Below are positions 1 through 8,979 of a stretch of DNA of 28,870 bases, in pieces. This stretch comes from Balneolales bacterium (GTDB lineage Bacteria > Bacteroidota > Rhodothermia > Balneolales > DATFMH01): positions 1 to 28,870 of the forward strand of contig DATFMK010000207.1 of NCBI GenBank assembly GCA_035267005.1, in the 5' to 3' direction. The notes beneath the pieces were generated by a model, which saw only the letters and a program-made list of their open reading frames with translations, did not search any database and was not told where the DNA came from. The first letter of the stretch is position 1. Every line of letters starts with the position of its first letter. The translations under genes and the position numbers were made by a program.

Positions 1-388
1 GCTTTTTTCTGCCGGCCGAGTCGCCGGATCGTTCGGTACCGAAATTTTTTTTTATATCGATATCCAGTTCTTCCTCGGCCAGCTTCATCAGGGTTTCATA
101 ATAATCCAATTTCATCTGGTTATGTCCCAGGGCCTGTTCTAGCTCCTTTATTCGCTTGCGCAAATCTTCGATCTTGTGTTGATGACTCTGTTTATCTACC
201 ACTAACCGGGCTCCTTTCTGATTGTAGTGGGAATACTTGTGAATCCATTGATAGATCGCCCCACGACTTACCTGATATTCCCGTGAAGCTTGGCTCACAC
301 TGAGTTTATTGGTTTCGATCTCTTTTACAACCTGTTTGCGTAAACTAACAGAAAAGATGCGTCTTTGTCTAAGATATTTTTTCGACAT
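1..388 (-). CDS. IS3-family transposase OrfA (HTH), 3'-partial; absent from ORF track
   Basis: ATG at 388 reads MSKKYLRQRRIFSVSLRKQVVKEIETNKLSVSQASREYQVSRGAIYQWIHKY...LEQALGHNQMKLDYYETLMKLAEEELDIDIKKNFGTERS: HTH plus coiled coil, with the KKNF codons on the A-run typical of the -1 frameshift into OrfB. Confidence 0.85.
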   Translation of the reverse strand, partial: MSKKYLRQRRIFSVSLRKQVVKEIETNKLSVSQASREYQVSRGAIYQWIHKYSHYNQKGARLVVDKQSHQHKIEDLRKRIKELEQALGHNQMKLDYYETLMKLAEEELDIDIKKNFGTERSGDSAGRKK

Positions 389-440
389 TTTTGCTCCTTT
401 TTGGATGAGTAAAAATGTCAACCTATTTTAGGCACTTACA
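1..440 (-). mobile_element. IS3-family insertion sequence, left end (partial; continues beyond window start)
   Basis: The minus-strand end reads TGTAAGTGCCTAAAATAGGTTGAC (starts 5'-TG, as in IS3-family ends). It is followed by AAGGAG and an OrfA-like HTH ORF with an A9 slippery run at 45-53. Confidence 0.8.
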
Positions 441-480
441 ATGCAGACGAAACAGAAGCGAACAGCCTAAACTCCTCTCA

Positions 481-504
481 TGTCGCAAGTTTGCAACTTG
501 TGAC
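481..504. repeat. REP-like hairpin GTCGCAAGTT-TGC-AACTTGTGAC
   Basis: 10-bp stem with one G-T pair. 480-493 (ATGTCGCAAGTTTG) is also a perfect 14-bp inverted repeat of 887-900. Confidence 0.7.
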
Positions 505-529
505 TCCTCATAATTATATAAAACTCACA

Positions 530-824
530 CAAGCCATAAGTTTATAACAAATAGTCTTATCTGACTTGTTTATTAAAAATAATAAAAGGCACCTTTTTAG
601 CAGCCCTGGAAGTCTGTCAGACTTAAATAAATCTACTGCAAAATCGTTATAATTTCCTAAGTTCGAAAGCCTCCTATGAAAACTTCATTGAATTGTATGA
701 TATTTTTTTAGTTTACCAGAAAGTTAAATACAATCATAATAATCCTGATAAAGCCGGTTTCGTCGACCCACTTGAAGAATATTTGATAGAAGTTCAGGAA
801 GTCAGGACGGCATTGATGGGTTGA
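530..824 (+). pseudogene. Decayed REP-associated tyrosine transposase (RAYT, IS200/HUH superfamily)
   Basis: One frame reads ...ENFIELYDIFLVYQKVKYNHNNPDKAGFVDPLEEYL..., resembling the RAYT C-terminal QKxxYIHxNPVxAG motif. An upstream frame reads HLFSSPGSLSDLNKSTAK. Stops and frameshifts lie between them; the 5' boundary is approximate. Confidence 0.65.
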
Positions 825-886
825 TACTGGTAGTATTAATTGGATGAACGATTAAAAAGGTTGAAATACAGATCTGTCATAAGGTA

Positions 887-900
887 CAAACTTGCGACAT
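887..900. repeat. REP half-site, inverted relative to 480-493
   Basis: CAAACTTGCGACAT is the exact reverse complement of 480-493. Confidence 0.7.
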
Positions 901-908
901 TTGGAGGG

Positions 909-943
909 CTGTCAGCGATCAGTTATCAGGTGCCAGCTGTCAG
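909..943. repeat. Degenerate heptamer tandem repeat (5 units ending CAG)
   Basis: CTGTCAG CGATCAG TTATCAG GTGCCAG CTGTCAG. Confidence 0.55.
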
Positions 944-1152
944 CTTTTTTAATTATTAATGTCCATCATTACATAAGTGTAACAACTTAAGAGAGATGTT
1001 CTCTAATAAGTAGATATTCCATTTTAAATAATTTCATCCGGTAATCCCGGCACACAATTAAAACAAAATCCTATAGCCAAAATCTCTTGAATATATTTCC
1101 TATTTACTTATCTTAGTTAAAGCATATCACATATCAATCATGGAGGGATAAA

Positions 1153-1614
1153 ATGAAGCCGCGCCTACGATTATGTTTTCTGATTCCTTTATTGGCCATT
1201 TTTATAACGGCTTGCGGGACGTCGCATAATACCACTCAACATGTTAAAAAACAGAATCAGTCTACCGATACATATTATTATGGCGAACCATTTCTAAATG
1301 TCAGAACGGCTGTCATTAATTCTTTGAAGGATGCGCGCTTTTTTATCAAGGACGCTGAAGATCTCAAACCGAATAAATTGATGCTTGTTGCCAGGTATGA
1401 CAACATCAATACGCTGTTTGAACCGAATTTACTTGAGATCTACGTTTACATCACCGAAGTAAAACCCAATTATATTAAAGTGTATGCTCCCAAACCTGAT
1501 CCGAAGCAATTTTCGGCCCGAAGTGCTATCGACCGGTATGATATTTTTATAAAATCACTCAGGCAGAAAAAACTCATTGCAGCGAAAGCAGTACCCGTAA
1601 ACAAAGGTAAATAA
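1153..1614 (+). CDS. Hypothetical lipoprotein
   Basis: GGAGG at 1142-1146; hydrophobic signal ending in lipobox ITAC-G. Confidence 0.8.
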   Translation: MKPRLRLCFLIPLLAIFITACGTSHNTTQHVKKQNQSTDTYYYGEPFLNVRTAVINSLKDARFFIKDAEDLKPNKLMLVARYDNINTLFEPNLLEIYVYITEVKPNYIKVYAPKPDPKQFSARSAIDRYDIFIKSLRQKKLIAAKAVPVNKGK

Positions 1615-1975
1615 TTAATATCAATAAGTTTCTAAAAGAAACAACTGTACAGATTGGAAGCACATCAATAATATGTAATAGATGGGACACTAACTTATTA
1701 TTCGAATCTGGGCATGTGAATGTGTTTCTGGAATAGCTGATACCATATTAGATCCTTATTGCAGCATATACCAGATGTACTAAACCTGGCTGATTCGTCC
1801 CGGTTTCAGATGTGTATTAAAAACAATATCGTATAATACAGTGATAGTCTAAAAACAGCCGGCTCATGAATTTGTTTGATTTGGGAATAGGACTGTCTTT
1901 TTCATAATCTGCTTTGGTAATTTTCCCTGAAATTTCTGTTATTTAAAACTAAATCCTCAGTAACCATGAAAAATT

Positions 1976-3631
1976 ATGAAAAAAATAGTCACCGTTTCGC
2001 TTGTTACAGTTTTAATATCCATAACGTTTTCCACTTCTAAAGCTCAAAATCATCAAACATATGATGTCGTAGTTTACGGCGGCACTTCGGCAGGTGTAAT
2101 GGCGGCGGTGGCGGCTAAAAGAATGGGGGCATCTGTAATCCTCCTTAGCCCTGAAAAACGAATTGGTGGAATAACCAGTGGCGGATTAAGCTGGACCGAC
2201 ATCGGGGATCAAATTCATCATAGAACCATTGGCGGCTATACGTTGAATTTTTTTCATCGTGTTTATCAATATTACCGTCACAAAAAAGCATGGGATCAGG
2301 AAACCAGGGCTGATTATCGTAAGGAAATCGAAACTACGGATCACAAAATAATGGATAAAGACAGTCTGATGTGGACTTTCGAACCCCATGTGGCTCTTAA
2401 GATCTTCAATGATTTAATTCATGAAAACAACATCCCCGTACGGCTTAACAGATGGCTTGATCGTAAACATGGAATCAGGAAAGTTGATGGTCGCATCGTT
2501 TCCATCACCATGCAGAACGGCGAAACTTATAGTGGGAAAGTATTCATTGATGCAACCTACGAAGGAGACTTGATGGCTGTTGCCGGTGTGTCCTATACAG
2601 TTGGACGGGAAGATAACCGGGAATATCATGAAACGATTGATGGCGTGCAGCTTTCGCATCACCATCAGTTTCCGGATGGTATTGATCCGTATCGTATACC
2701 GGGCAATCCATCCAGTGGTCTTCTTTGGGGTATTAGCTCCGATTCCTTATTACCAGAAGGTCATGGTGATAAAAGAGTACAAGCCTATAATTTCAGGGTT
2801 TGCCTAACGGATTATAAAGAAAACATGATTCCCATAACCCGGCCAAAAAACTATGATTCATCCAGATACGATCTGCTCATCCGGCTGATCCATGCACAAC
2901 CCAATAAAAGGAAGCTAAGCGATTATTTTATATGGAGTCCATTGCCAAACAAGAAAACCGATATTAATAACAACGGGGGGTTTTCAACGGATATGATTGG
3001 TATGAGCAACGCATGGCCGGAGGGTAGTTATACAAAAAGACGCGATATTTTTAAGTCTCATATGGCTTATACAAAAGGTTTATTGTATTTCATGGGACAT
3101 GACCGGCGCGTTCCCGATACATTGCGGCACCAGATGCTCAGATGGGGTTACCCAAAAGACGAATATCAGAAATCCGATCATTTTACTCCCGAACTGTATG
3201 TCCGTGAGGGCAGGCGTATGATTGGTGATTATGTGATGACAGAGCATAATTGCAGGGGCTCAGTAACGGTAAATGATGGTATTGCAATGGCATATTATAA
3301 CATGGACAGTCACAATTGCGAACGAATCGTAGTGAACGGAATGGTGAAAAATGAAGGAAATGTAGAAGCCGGAATACCACACCCGTATCCTATCTCATAC
3401 CGCGCGATAATACCCAAAAAGAAAGAGTGCACTAACTTATTGGTACCTGTATCTCTGTCGGCCACGCATATCGCATATGGATCCATACGAATGGAGCCCG
3501 TATTCATGATGCTGGGCCAGTCTTCTGGTACTGCTGCCGCTCTCGCAGCAAAAAACAAAGTAGCCGTTCAGAAATTAGACTATCCGAAATTAAAGAAACA
3601 GCTATTGAAAGACGGTCAGATTCTGAAATAA
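1976..3631 (+). CDS. Secreted FAD-dependent oxidoreductase (FAD_oxidored / xanthan-lyase-associated type)
   Basis: Signal peptide; DVVVYGGTSAG dinucleotide motif; FIDATYEGDL; RVQAYNFRVCLT; SATHIAYGSIRMEPVFM. Confidence 0.88.
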   Translation: MKKIVTVSLVTVLISITFSTSKAQNHQTYDVVVYGGTSAGVMAAVAAKRMGASVILLSPEKRIGGITSGGLSWTDIGDQIHHRTIGGYTLNFFHRVYQYYRHKKAWDQETRADYRKEIETTDHKIMDKDSLMWTFEPHVALKIFNDLIHENNIPVRLNRWLDRKHGIRKVDGRIVSITMQNGETYSGKVFIDATYEGDLMAVAGVSYTVGREDNREYHETIDGVQLSHHHQFPDGIDPYRIPGNPSSGLLWGISSDSLLPEGHGDKRVQAYNFRVCLTDYKENMIPITRPKNYDSSRYDLLIRLIHAQPNKRKLSDYFIWSPLPNKKTDINNNGGFSTDMIGMSNAWPEGSYTKRRDIFKSHMAYTKGLLYFMGHDRRVPDTLRHQMLRWGYPKDEYQKSDHFTPELYVREGRRMIGDYVMTEHNCRGSVTVNDGIAMAYYNMDSHNCERIVVNGMVKNEGNVEAGIPHPYPISYRAIIPKKKECTNLLVPVSLSATHIAYGSIRMEPVFMMLGQSSGTAAALAAKNKVAVQKLDYPKLKKQLLKDGQILK

Positions 3632-3808
3632 CACTCCAACGTCATATCGTGCGATGTAAAATTCCTGGAGCATAAGAGAAAGACAATATTAGAATTATGC
3701 AACGGATTTGGCTAATTCAGCCCCCGGTTACATATATAAATTTTACGGAAACGGTCTGACATGGAATAGTGTTTATTGAGTTCTATTATTATCAATACTA
3801 TAATCACA

Positions 3809-5269
3809 ATGAAATCAATAAAAACTATTCTTGTAACCGGCAGTACCGGCTATATCGGAGGACGCATTGTTCCACACCTGCTTGATGCCGGGTATCATAT
3901 ACGCTGTCTTGTAAGAGATCCGGCCCGACTTCAGGGAAGAGCATGGTACGATCGTGTTGATAGTACAACAGGTGACGTGTTACAGCCTGAGACATTACCG
4001 GAGGCCGTGAAGAATGTAGATATTGCCTATTACCTCATTCACAGCCTTGCCGGTGGTACAGGTTTTCATGAAATTGATATTACAGCCGCGCAAAATTTTT
4101 CGAAAGCGGCAAAAGAAGCCGGGGTTCAGAGAATCATTTATCTGGGTGGACTCGGAAATCCTGATACGGATTTATCCCGGCATTTGCGATCCCGTCAACT
4201 TACAGGTGATGCACTCAGAATATCGGGTATCCCGGTTACGGAATTTCGTGCCGGTGTTATTGTGGGATCGGGAAGCCTGTCGTTTGAACTGATCAGGTAT
4301 CTCACAGAACGTATTCCTGTTATGATTTGTCCGCGTTGGGTCTATACAAAAATTCAACCGATCGCCGTACGGGATGTCATCGAATATCTGGTTGCGGCGA
4401 TTAATGTACCCGAAAGTTCGGATCATATTATTGAAATTGGAGGAGCTGACGTTATCACATACGGCGAGATGATGTCCGGCTACGCCAGGGCCCGTGGACT
4501 CAAACGAAAACTCATTCCGGTGCCTTTTTTAACACCCAGGTTATCATCGTATTGGATTCACTTAATGACCCCGGTTCCGGCAAATATCGCCAAACCATTG
4601 ATTGAAGGATTACGAAATGAGGTGATAGTCCGTGATGACAAGGCCCGCAGCTTATTTCCAAACATCCACCCCGTAAGTTATCAAACGGCCGTTAAGCTTG
4701 CCCTTCAAAAGTTGGAAGCCGGCTCTGTAGAAACAGCCTGGAGCGATGCGCTTGTCTCAAGCCAGGGTGAGAAAGAACCCGTTGTTTTAAAAACACATGA
4801 AGGGATGATCATCGAACATCGACAGAAGATCGTTGATGTTTCCCCGGAGAATGTTTTCCGTACATTCACGAGCCTCGGTGGCAAACGTGGATGGCTGTAT
4901 ATGAACTGGGCGTGGAAATTAAGGGGAATTATGGACCGGCTCATCGGCGGTGTGGGTATGCGGCGTGGTCGAAGGGATCCTTTGGATATACGAATAGGTG
5001 ATGCCCTGGATTTTTGGAGAGTGGAAGAAGTTATACCCAATAGAATGATCAGGCTCCGGGCCGAAATGAAGGTACCCGGACGGGCATGGCTGCAGTTCCA
5101 GGTTCTGTCCAAAAAAGACGGCCGGTCTGTTCTGTCCCAAACTGCTTTTTTTGCACCTAAAGGGCTTGCCGGCCTGTCATACTGGTATCTTCTTTATCCC
5201 ATCCATCGTCTTATTTTTAGCGGAATGATCCGGGAAGTGAAAAAAATGGCGGAAAAAGACAGACCATGA
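3809..5269 (+). CDS. NAD(P)-binding SDR-like oxidoreductase with C-terminal DUF2867 (YbjT-like)
   Basis: ILVTGSTGYIGG Rossmann motif; C-terminal GDALDFWRVE...LRAEMKVPGRAWL...YWY. ATG 3809 preferred over the track's TTG 3776. Confidence 0.88.
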   Translation: MKSIKTILVTGSTGYIGGRIVPHLLDAGYHIRCLVRDPARLQGRAWYDRVDSTTGDVLQPETLPEAVKNVDIAYYLIHSLAGGTGFHEIDITAAQNFSKAAKEAGVQRIIYLGGLGNPDTDLSRHLRSRQLTGDALRISGIPVTEFRAGVIVGSGSLSFELIRYLTERIPVMICPRWVYTKIQPIAVRDVIEYLVAAINVPESSDHIIEIGGADVITYGEMMSGYARARGLKRKLIPVPFLTPRLSSYWIHLMTPVPANIAKPLIEGLRNEVIVRDDKARSLFPNIHPVSYQTAVKLALQKLEAGSVETAWSDALVSSQGEKEPVVLKTHEGMIIEHRQKIVDVSPENVFRTFTSLGGKRGWLYMNWAWKLRGIMDRLIGGVGMRRGRRDPLDIRIGDALDFWRVEEVIPNRMIRLRAEMKVPGRAWLQFQVLSKKDGRSVLSQTAFFAPKGLAGLSYWYLLYPIHRLIFSGMIREVKKMAEKDRP

Positions 5270-5770
5270 AAATCTTCGTAACGGTGCTTTTTTAAAATCT
5301 GTATCTCACCATTTCGTGCACAAAATATCACCCTCCACAATCAACCTGATACACTCAATGTTGATATCCTTAAAGCATTCGATCATCGCCAAAAGATACG
5401 AAATTATCAAATGATGACATTGCGACTATTCTTTGGGCTGCCAGCGGTGTCAACCGTCCGGACGGTAAACGTACAGCCCCGGCCACTCACGGGATGCAGT
5501 ATAACAATATTTATGTTGCGGACTATGAAGGCAATTATTTTTATGATGCCATTAATAACAGGCTGGCGTTGAGAAATAAGGAAATGTCTAAAAATAAATT
5601 ATCCGTACAACATCATGTGGCACAATCTTCTCATGTTATTATCATTACGGCTGATCTGAACCGTGTTCCGGGATTGATGTCAAACCGGGAGGCCAAACTT
5701 AAATGGGCAAATGTAACTGCCGGAACGATCGCGCAAAATATTTACCTGATGTGTGCGGATTTGCATTCGT
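5266..5770 (+). pseudogene. SagB-type nitroreductase, frameshifted and 3'-truncated
   Basis: ATG overlaps the upstream stop (ATGA). Three frames together read MKIFVTVLF / CISPFRAQNITLHNQPDTLNVDILKAFDHRQKIRNY / LSNDDIATILWAASGVNRPDGKRTAPA...AGTIAQNIYLMCAD, then similarity stops. Confidence 0.8.
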
Positions 5771-5789
5771 TCGGAGTCAATATCTTTTA

Positions 5790-6592
5790 TTCTCAAATTC
5801 GAAAGTTCCCTACCCTTAAAAAGGCAGAATAGAATTACAGTAAAGGGACAAGAAGAACAAAATGGCACTTTAGAAATCCTACTACATCGTAAAGATATCA
5901 GAATTGAAATACGAAACGATAAATTTACATTTGAAAGAAGCGGATATCCTGCAAGTAATTTGAGTGAGGGTGAAAAGTCCGCAATTGCTTTTGCTTATTT
6001 TTTAACTGAACTAAAATCATTAGGAAATGATAATCCTCCAAAATTGCCAAATACAATAGTTTTTATTGACGACCCAATTTCTAGTTTGGATAGTAATCAT
6101 ATTTTTCAGGTTAGACTTTTGGGTAGAATAGATAAATCTACCAATGAGGCTAAACGTCCATTATTTTTCATTAAACGAAATGACGATAATAGTGCAATAA
6201 TTAAAAAATTACCAAAATCATTTAGTTCATACAAATCTGAATATATTGGACTATTTCACACCATTAAAGAATTGGATGAATTAGAAGATAAAGAAGATTA
6301 TCCTAATTTATTAATTCTACCAAATGCAGTTCGTAGGTTTCTTGAATTATCCACTTTAATGAAATATCCAAGTGATACATAAGTTGATAATTGAGTAAAA
6401 AAAGTTTTTAATCAGGATGATAAACCATTTTACAATACTAAATTACTACACTGGTTTTCACACCAAAATCAATTTGAAAAAGTACAACAACACGACGACA
6501 AAATATTACAAATAGAAGATGCTATAAAAGAATTAATGGAACATATTAAATCAAAGGATGAATTACATTTGAAAGGACTAAATGTAGAATAG
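5790..6592 (+). pseudogene. C-terminal fragment of an AAA_13 / RloC-like ABC-ATPase-HEPN protein
   Basis: NLSEGEKSAIAFAYF (ABC signature), IVFIDDPISSLDSNH (Walker B/D-loop), NAVRRFLE and KLLHWFSH (HEPN-like). No Walker A or N-terminus; in-frame stops at 6380-6382 and 6392-6394; final TAG at 6590-6592. 5' boundary approximate. Confidence 0.78.
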
Positions 6593-6608
6593 AGAAAAAA
6601 GTACGATT

Positions 6609-6740
6609 ACCTAACATTTTGTATAAGTAATGGCAGGTAATGTGTTAAATATCAAGGTTTTTAGGCCACTAAAACTGATTAACGGTTTGACAGGAAAGTA
6701 CCACGCAATCTGCCACTACTCATACAATTTACCTTTAGCA
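6609..6740 (+). repeat. attC-like imperfect palindrome A (132 bp)
   Basis: Left core ACCTAAC 17 bp after the stop codon. Arms TTGTATAAGTAATGGCAG / CTGCCACTACTCATACAA pair at 16 of 18 positions. Right core is TTTAGCA(GT) instead of GTT... Confidence 0.7.
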
Positions 6741-6768
6741 GTCACCCCAAAACACAACTATAAAATTT

Positions 6769-8727
6769 ATGCGCAAATCTGATACAAATAGAGTCGTTTT
6801 TTACTCAAAAGAAGATATGGCGGGCGGACATCAACTTCAAAAGGGTGAGCATATTTTAAGAGCCAAAACCAAAACTAGTTACACTGACATCAATGACATT
6901 CTAGAGCTTTATAACATAAAAAAATACATTGACAATGAGTTATTTTTAAAAGTTTGGTCTAATGAAGACATTCTAAGCTTTAAACAGAAAGTCATAGAAT
7001 ATGGAAAAATTGTCGGGAGATTTATGTCAAATATTAATGACAGCAATGCTGTTGACATATATGATAACACCCTTCATGACTATATTAATTCATTTTGGGA
7101 ATTAGTTAGCAATCAAAGTGTATTTAAGCGAATATCAAAAGACAATTTTAAAAACATTTTATTCCATGAACCTCACCTAATTTATACAATTCTAAATCAT
7201 AAGAATATCGTTGAATACTACAATAATGAAGTAAAAGATTTTTTATTGACATATTCTCAGTCTGCAGAAATATTACTTTCTGTTTACGAAGTGAAAGAAG
7301 AATTTGCAAAGAATAAGAGATTCATTCCCAAAAGCCTGACAATTGATGACAAGGAAGCCATAATCTCAAGTTATTTAGAATCGAATGATGTGAATTTGAA
7401 TTATGTCGGATTAATTCAAAACATAAGGAACAGAAATGACTTTAAAATTTCTGATAAAACACGTCTTAAAGCTAAGCGTTTACACAAAAGTGAAACGGAG
7501 AAATTTTTCTCAGAAAAAGGTGGAATGAAATATGGAGTTTCAATTAGTTTTCCAGAAAATCCGACAAAAATTAAAGATGGTTTTGTTGACGAAAATCTCT
7601 TGGCTCATTATTCGTACAGTTTAGACTTCATCAAACAAAACAACAACCCATATTTGTTATTTCAGAATTTCAAGTATTTATTCGAATATCTCGACAATCA
7701 AAACAGAGTAAATCTTGTAAGCAAAAGAAGTCAACTCGGTTTATTTGAAAGGATTATGGGTGTTCAATCCCAGAACGAATATAGAGGTGGAACGAGCTTT
7801 TCATTATCTGAAATGACATCTCAAAGTCAAATAATAGGATACAATAAAGTACTGAGTGAATTAGGTACTTCATTGGAAGATATTCTGCACTTTGTTTTTA
7901 CAATTGCATTTCAAGAAAAATTTTCGTTTGCCAAAAATGCAAGGTTTTCGATTCCTACAGCAACTTCATACTTTGAAAAAGTTAGACTTTTAGCACCTGA
8001 ATTTGAATCTGCATTAAAGCAATTTAAACTATTTGTTGAAGATGGAAGTATTGATTTTGAACTTTTACAAATATCATCTTCTCCATCAGCGATAAAGGAT
8101 ATCCCAAGTCTAAATCATAATAAATACATCTATTTTAATGAAGATAATGAAGAGATAGTAGGATGTTCTAATTTATTCTTCTCTGACCAAACTCTTCTAG
8201 AATATGTTGAACCATTCAAAGAAGAAAAGTATCATACATTCTTCAATTTATTAGCAAATGAAAAAGTAAAGTTTACTAATTATGAAGAGCATCAAAAACC
8301 ACGATTGAATTATCTTATAGAAAAAGGGTTTATCTCCATAGATACTGATGATTTTATCAACATCACAAATCTTGAAAGAGTTTTAATCTTAAAAGATTTG
8401 TACGATAATGAGGTAGGTTCATTCTATCATTATTCATCTGATTTTCAACAAGAAGTTCAGCGAATGAATGATGAAAACATTGTTGATTTTGAGATTTCGT
8501 TATTTTCAAAACCTGAACAAGCATATTTTAATTACTTCTTGAACAAGAGTGAGTTTACTAATGGTTTGGATTTAAGGAATAGTTACTTGCATGGGACTCA
8601 AGCAAACCCTGAAGAAATTCAAACACACGAGTATGCTTATTTTACATATTTAAAATTAATATTCTTAGCATTTTTGAAAATAGATGATGATTTAAACATT
8701 CACAATGCGACAAGAAATAAAACATAA
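6769..8727 (+). CDS. Uncharacterised 652-aa protein with C-terminal HEPN-like RxxxxH motif (putative RNase / defence effector)
   Basis: Intact AT-rich ORF. GLDLRNSYLHGTQ (R603-H608) followed by a hydrophobic helix, resembling DUF4209-type HEPN domains. No signal peptide. Confidence 0.7.
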   Translation: MRKSDTNRVVFYSKEDMAGGHQLQKGEHILRAKTKTSYTDINDILELYNIKKYIDNELFLKVWSNEDILSFKQKVIEYGKIVGRFMSNINDSNAVDIYDNTLHDYINSFWELVSNQSVFKRISKDNFKNILFHEPHLIYTILNHKNIVEYYNNEVKDFLLTYSQSAEILLSVYEVKEEFAKNKRFIPKSLTIDDKEAIISSYLESNDVNLNYVGLIQNIRNRNDFKISDKTRLKAKRLHKSETEKFFSEKGGMKYGVSISFPENPTKIKDGFVDENLLAHYSYSLDFIKQNNNPYLLFQNFKYLFEYLDNQNRVNLVSKRSQLGLFERIMGVQSQNEYRGGTSFSLSEMTSQSQIIGYNKVLSELGTSLEDILHFVFTIAFQEKFSFAKNARFSIPTATSYFEKVRLLAPEFESALKQFKLFVEDGSIDFELLQISSSPSAIKDIPSLNHNKYIYFNEDNEEIVGCSNLFFSDQTLLEYVEPFKEEKYHTFFNLLANEKVKFTNYEEHQKPRLNYLIEKGFISIDTDDFINITNLERVLILKDLYDNEVGSFYHYSSDFQQEVQRMNDENIVDFEISLFSKPEQAYFNYFLNKSEFTNGLDLRNSYLHGTQANPEEIQTHEYAYFTYLKLIFLAFLKIDDDLNIHNATRNKT

Positions 8728-8736
8728 AAGGCAAAC

Positions 8737-8803
8737 TACTAACAATGTGAATAGTGCATAGCACCCTGCGGGATGCTACGACACCATACACGGAACGTTA
8801 TTC
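8737..8803 (+). repeat. attC-like imperfect palindrome B (67 bp)
   Basis: TACTAAC 10 bp after the stop codon. Arms GTGAATAGTGCATAGCA / TGCTACGACACCATACAC with bulges around loop CCCTGCGGGA. Right core GTTATTC. Confidence 0.7.
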
Positions 8804-8946
8804 ACAATAGCTCCAAAAAAGACCAACGCTCAAAAGATTATATTTGATTTTCTACCAGCGTACAGCAAACACATTTGCAAGTAACTTTTCCCACCCGCAC
8901 TTTCGTGTTGATAACGTTCCTGAGATTTATCTATGAAAAGGGAATG

Positions 8947-8954
8947 TAAATTTG
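8947..8954 (+). promoter_or_regulatory. Bacteroidota-type -7 promoter box TAAATTTG
   Basis: Matches TAnnTTTG, 16 bp upstream of the XRE start. Confidence 0.55.
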
Positions 8955-8958
8955 TATT

Positions 8959-8979
8959 TTTGGACAAAATATGTCCAAA
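8959..8979. promoter_or_regulatory. Putative operator TTTGGACA-N5-TGTCCAAA
   Basis: Perfect 8-bp inverted repeat lying between the -7 box and the start of the XRE gene, overlapping its ATG. Confidence 0.6.

Noticed and set aside
1615-1975. 360-bp intergenic region as a hidden gene or ncRNA
   Set aside because: No sustained open frame, recognisable motif or strong hairpin found on either strand.
5494-5832. 112-aa ORF as an intact gene
   Set aside because: It is the internal part of the frameshifted nitroreductase, read through the island junction into unrelated sequence.
5753-6382. 209-aa ORF as a complete ATPase gene
   Set aside because: No Walker A, its start lies inside the nitroreductase remnant, and similarity continues past two stops to 6592.
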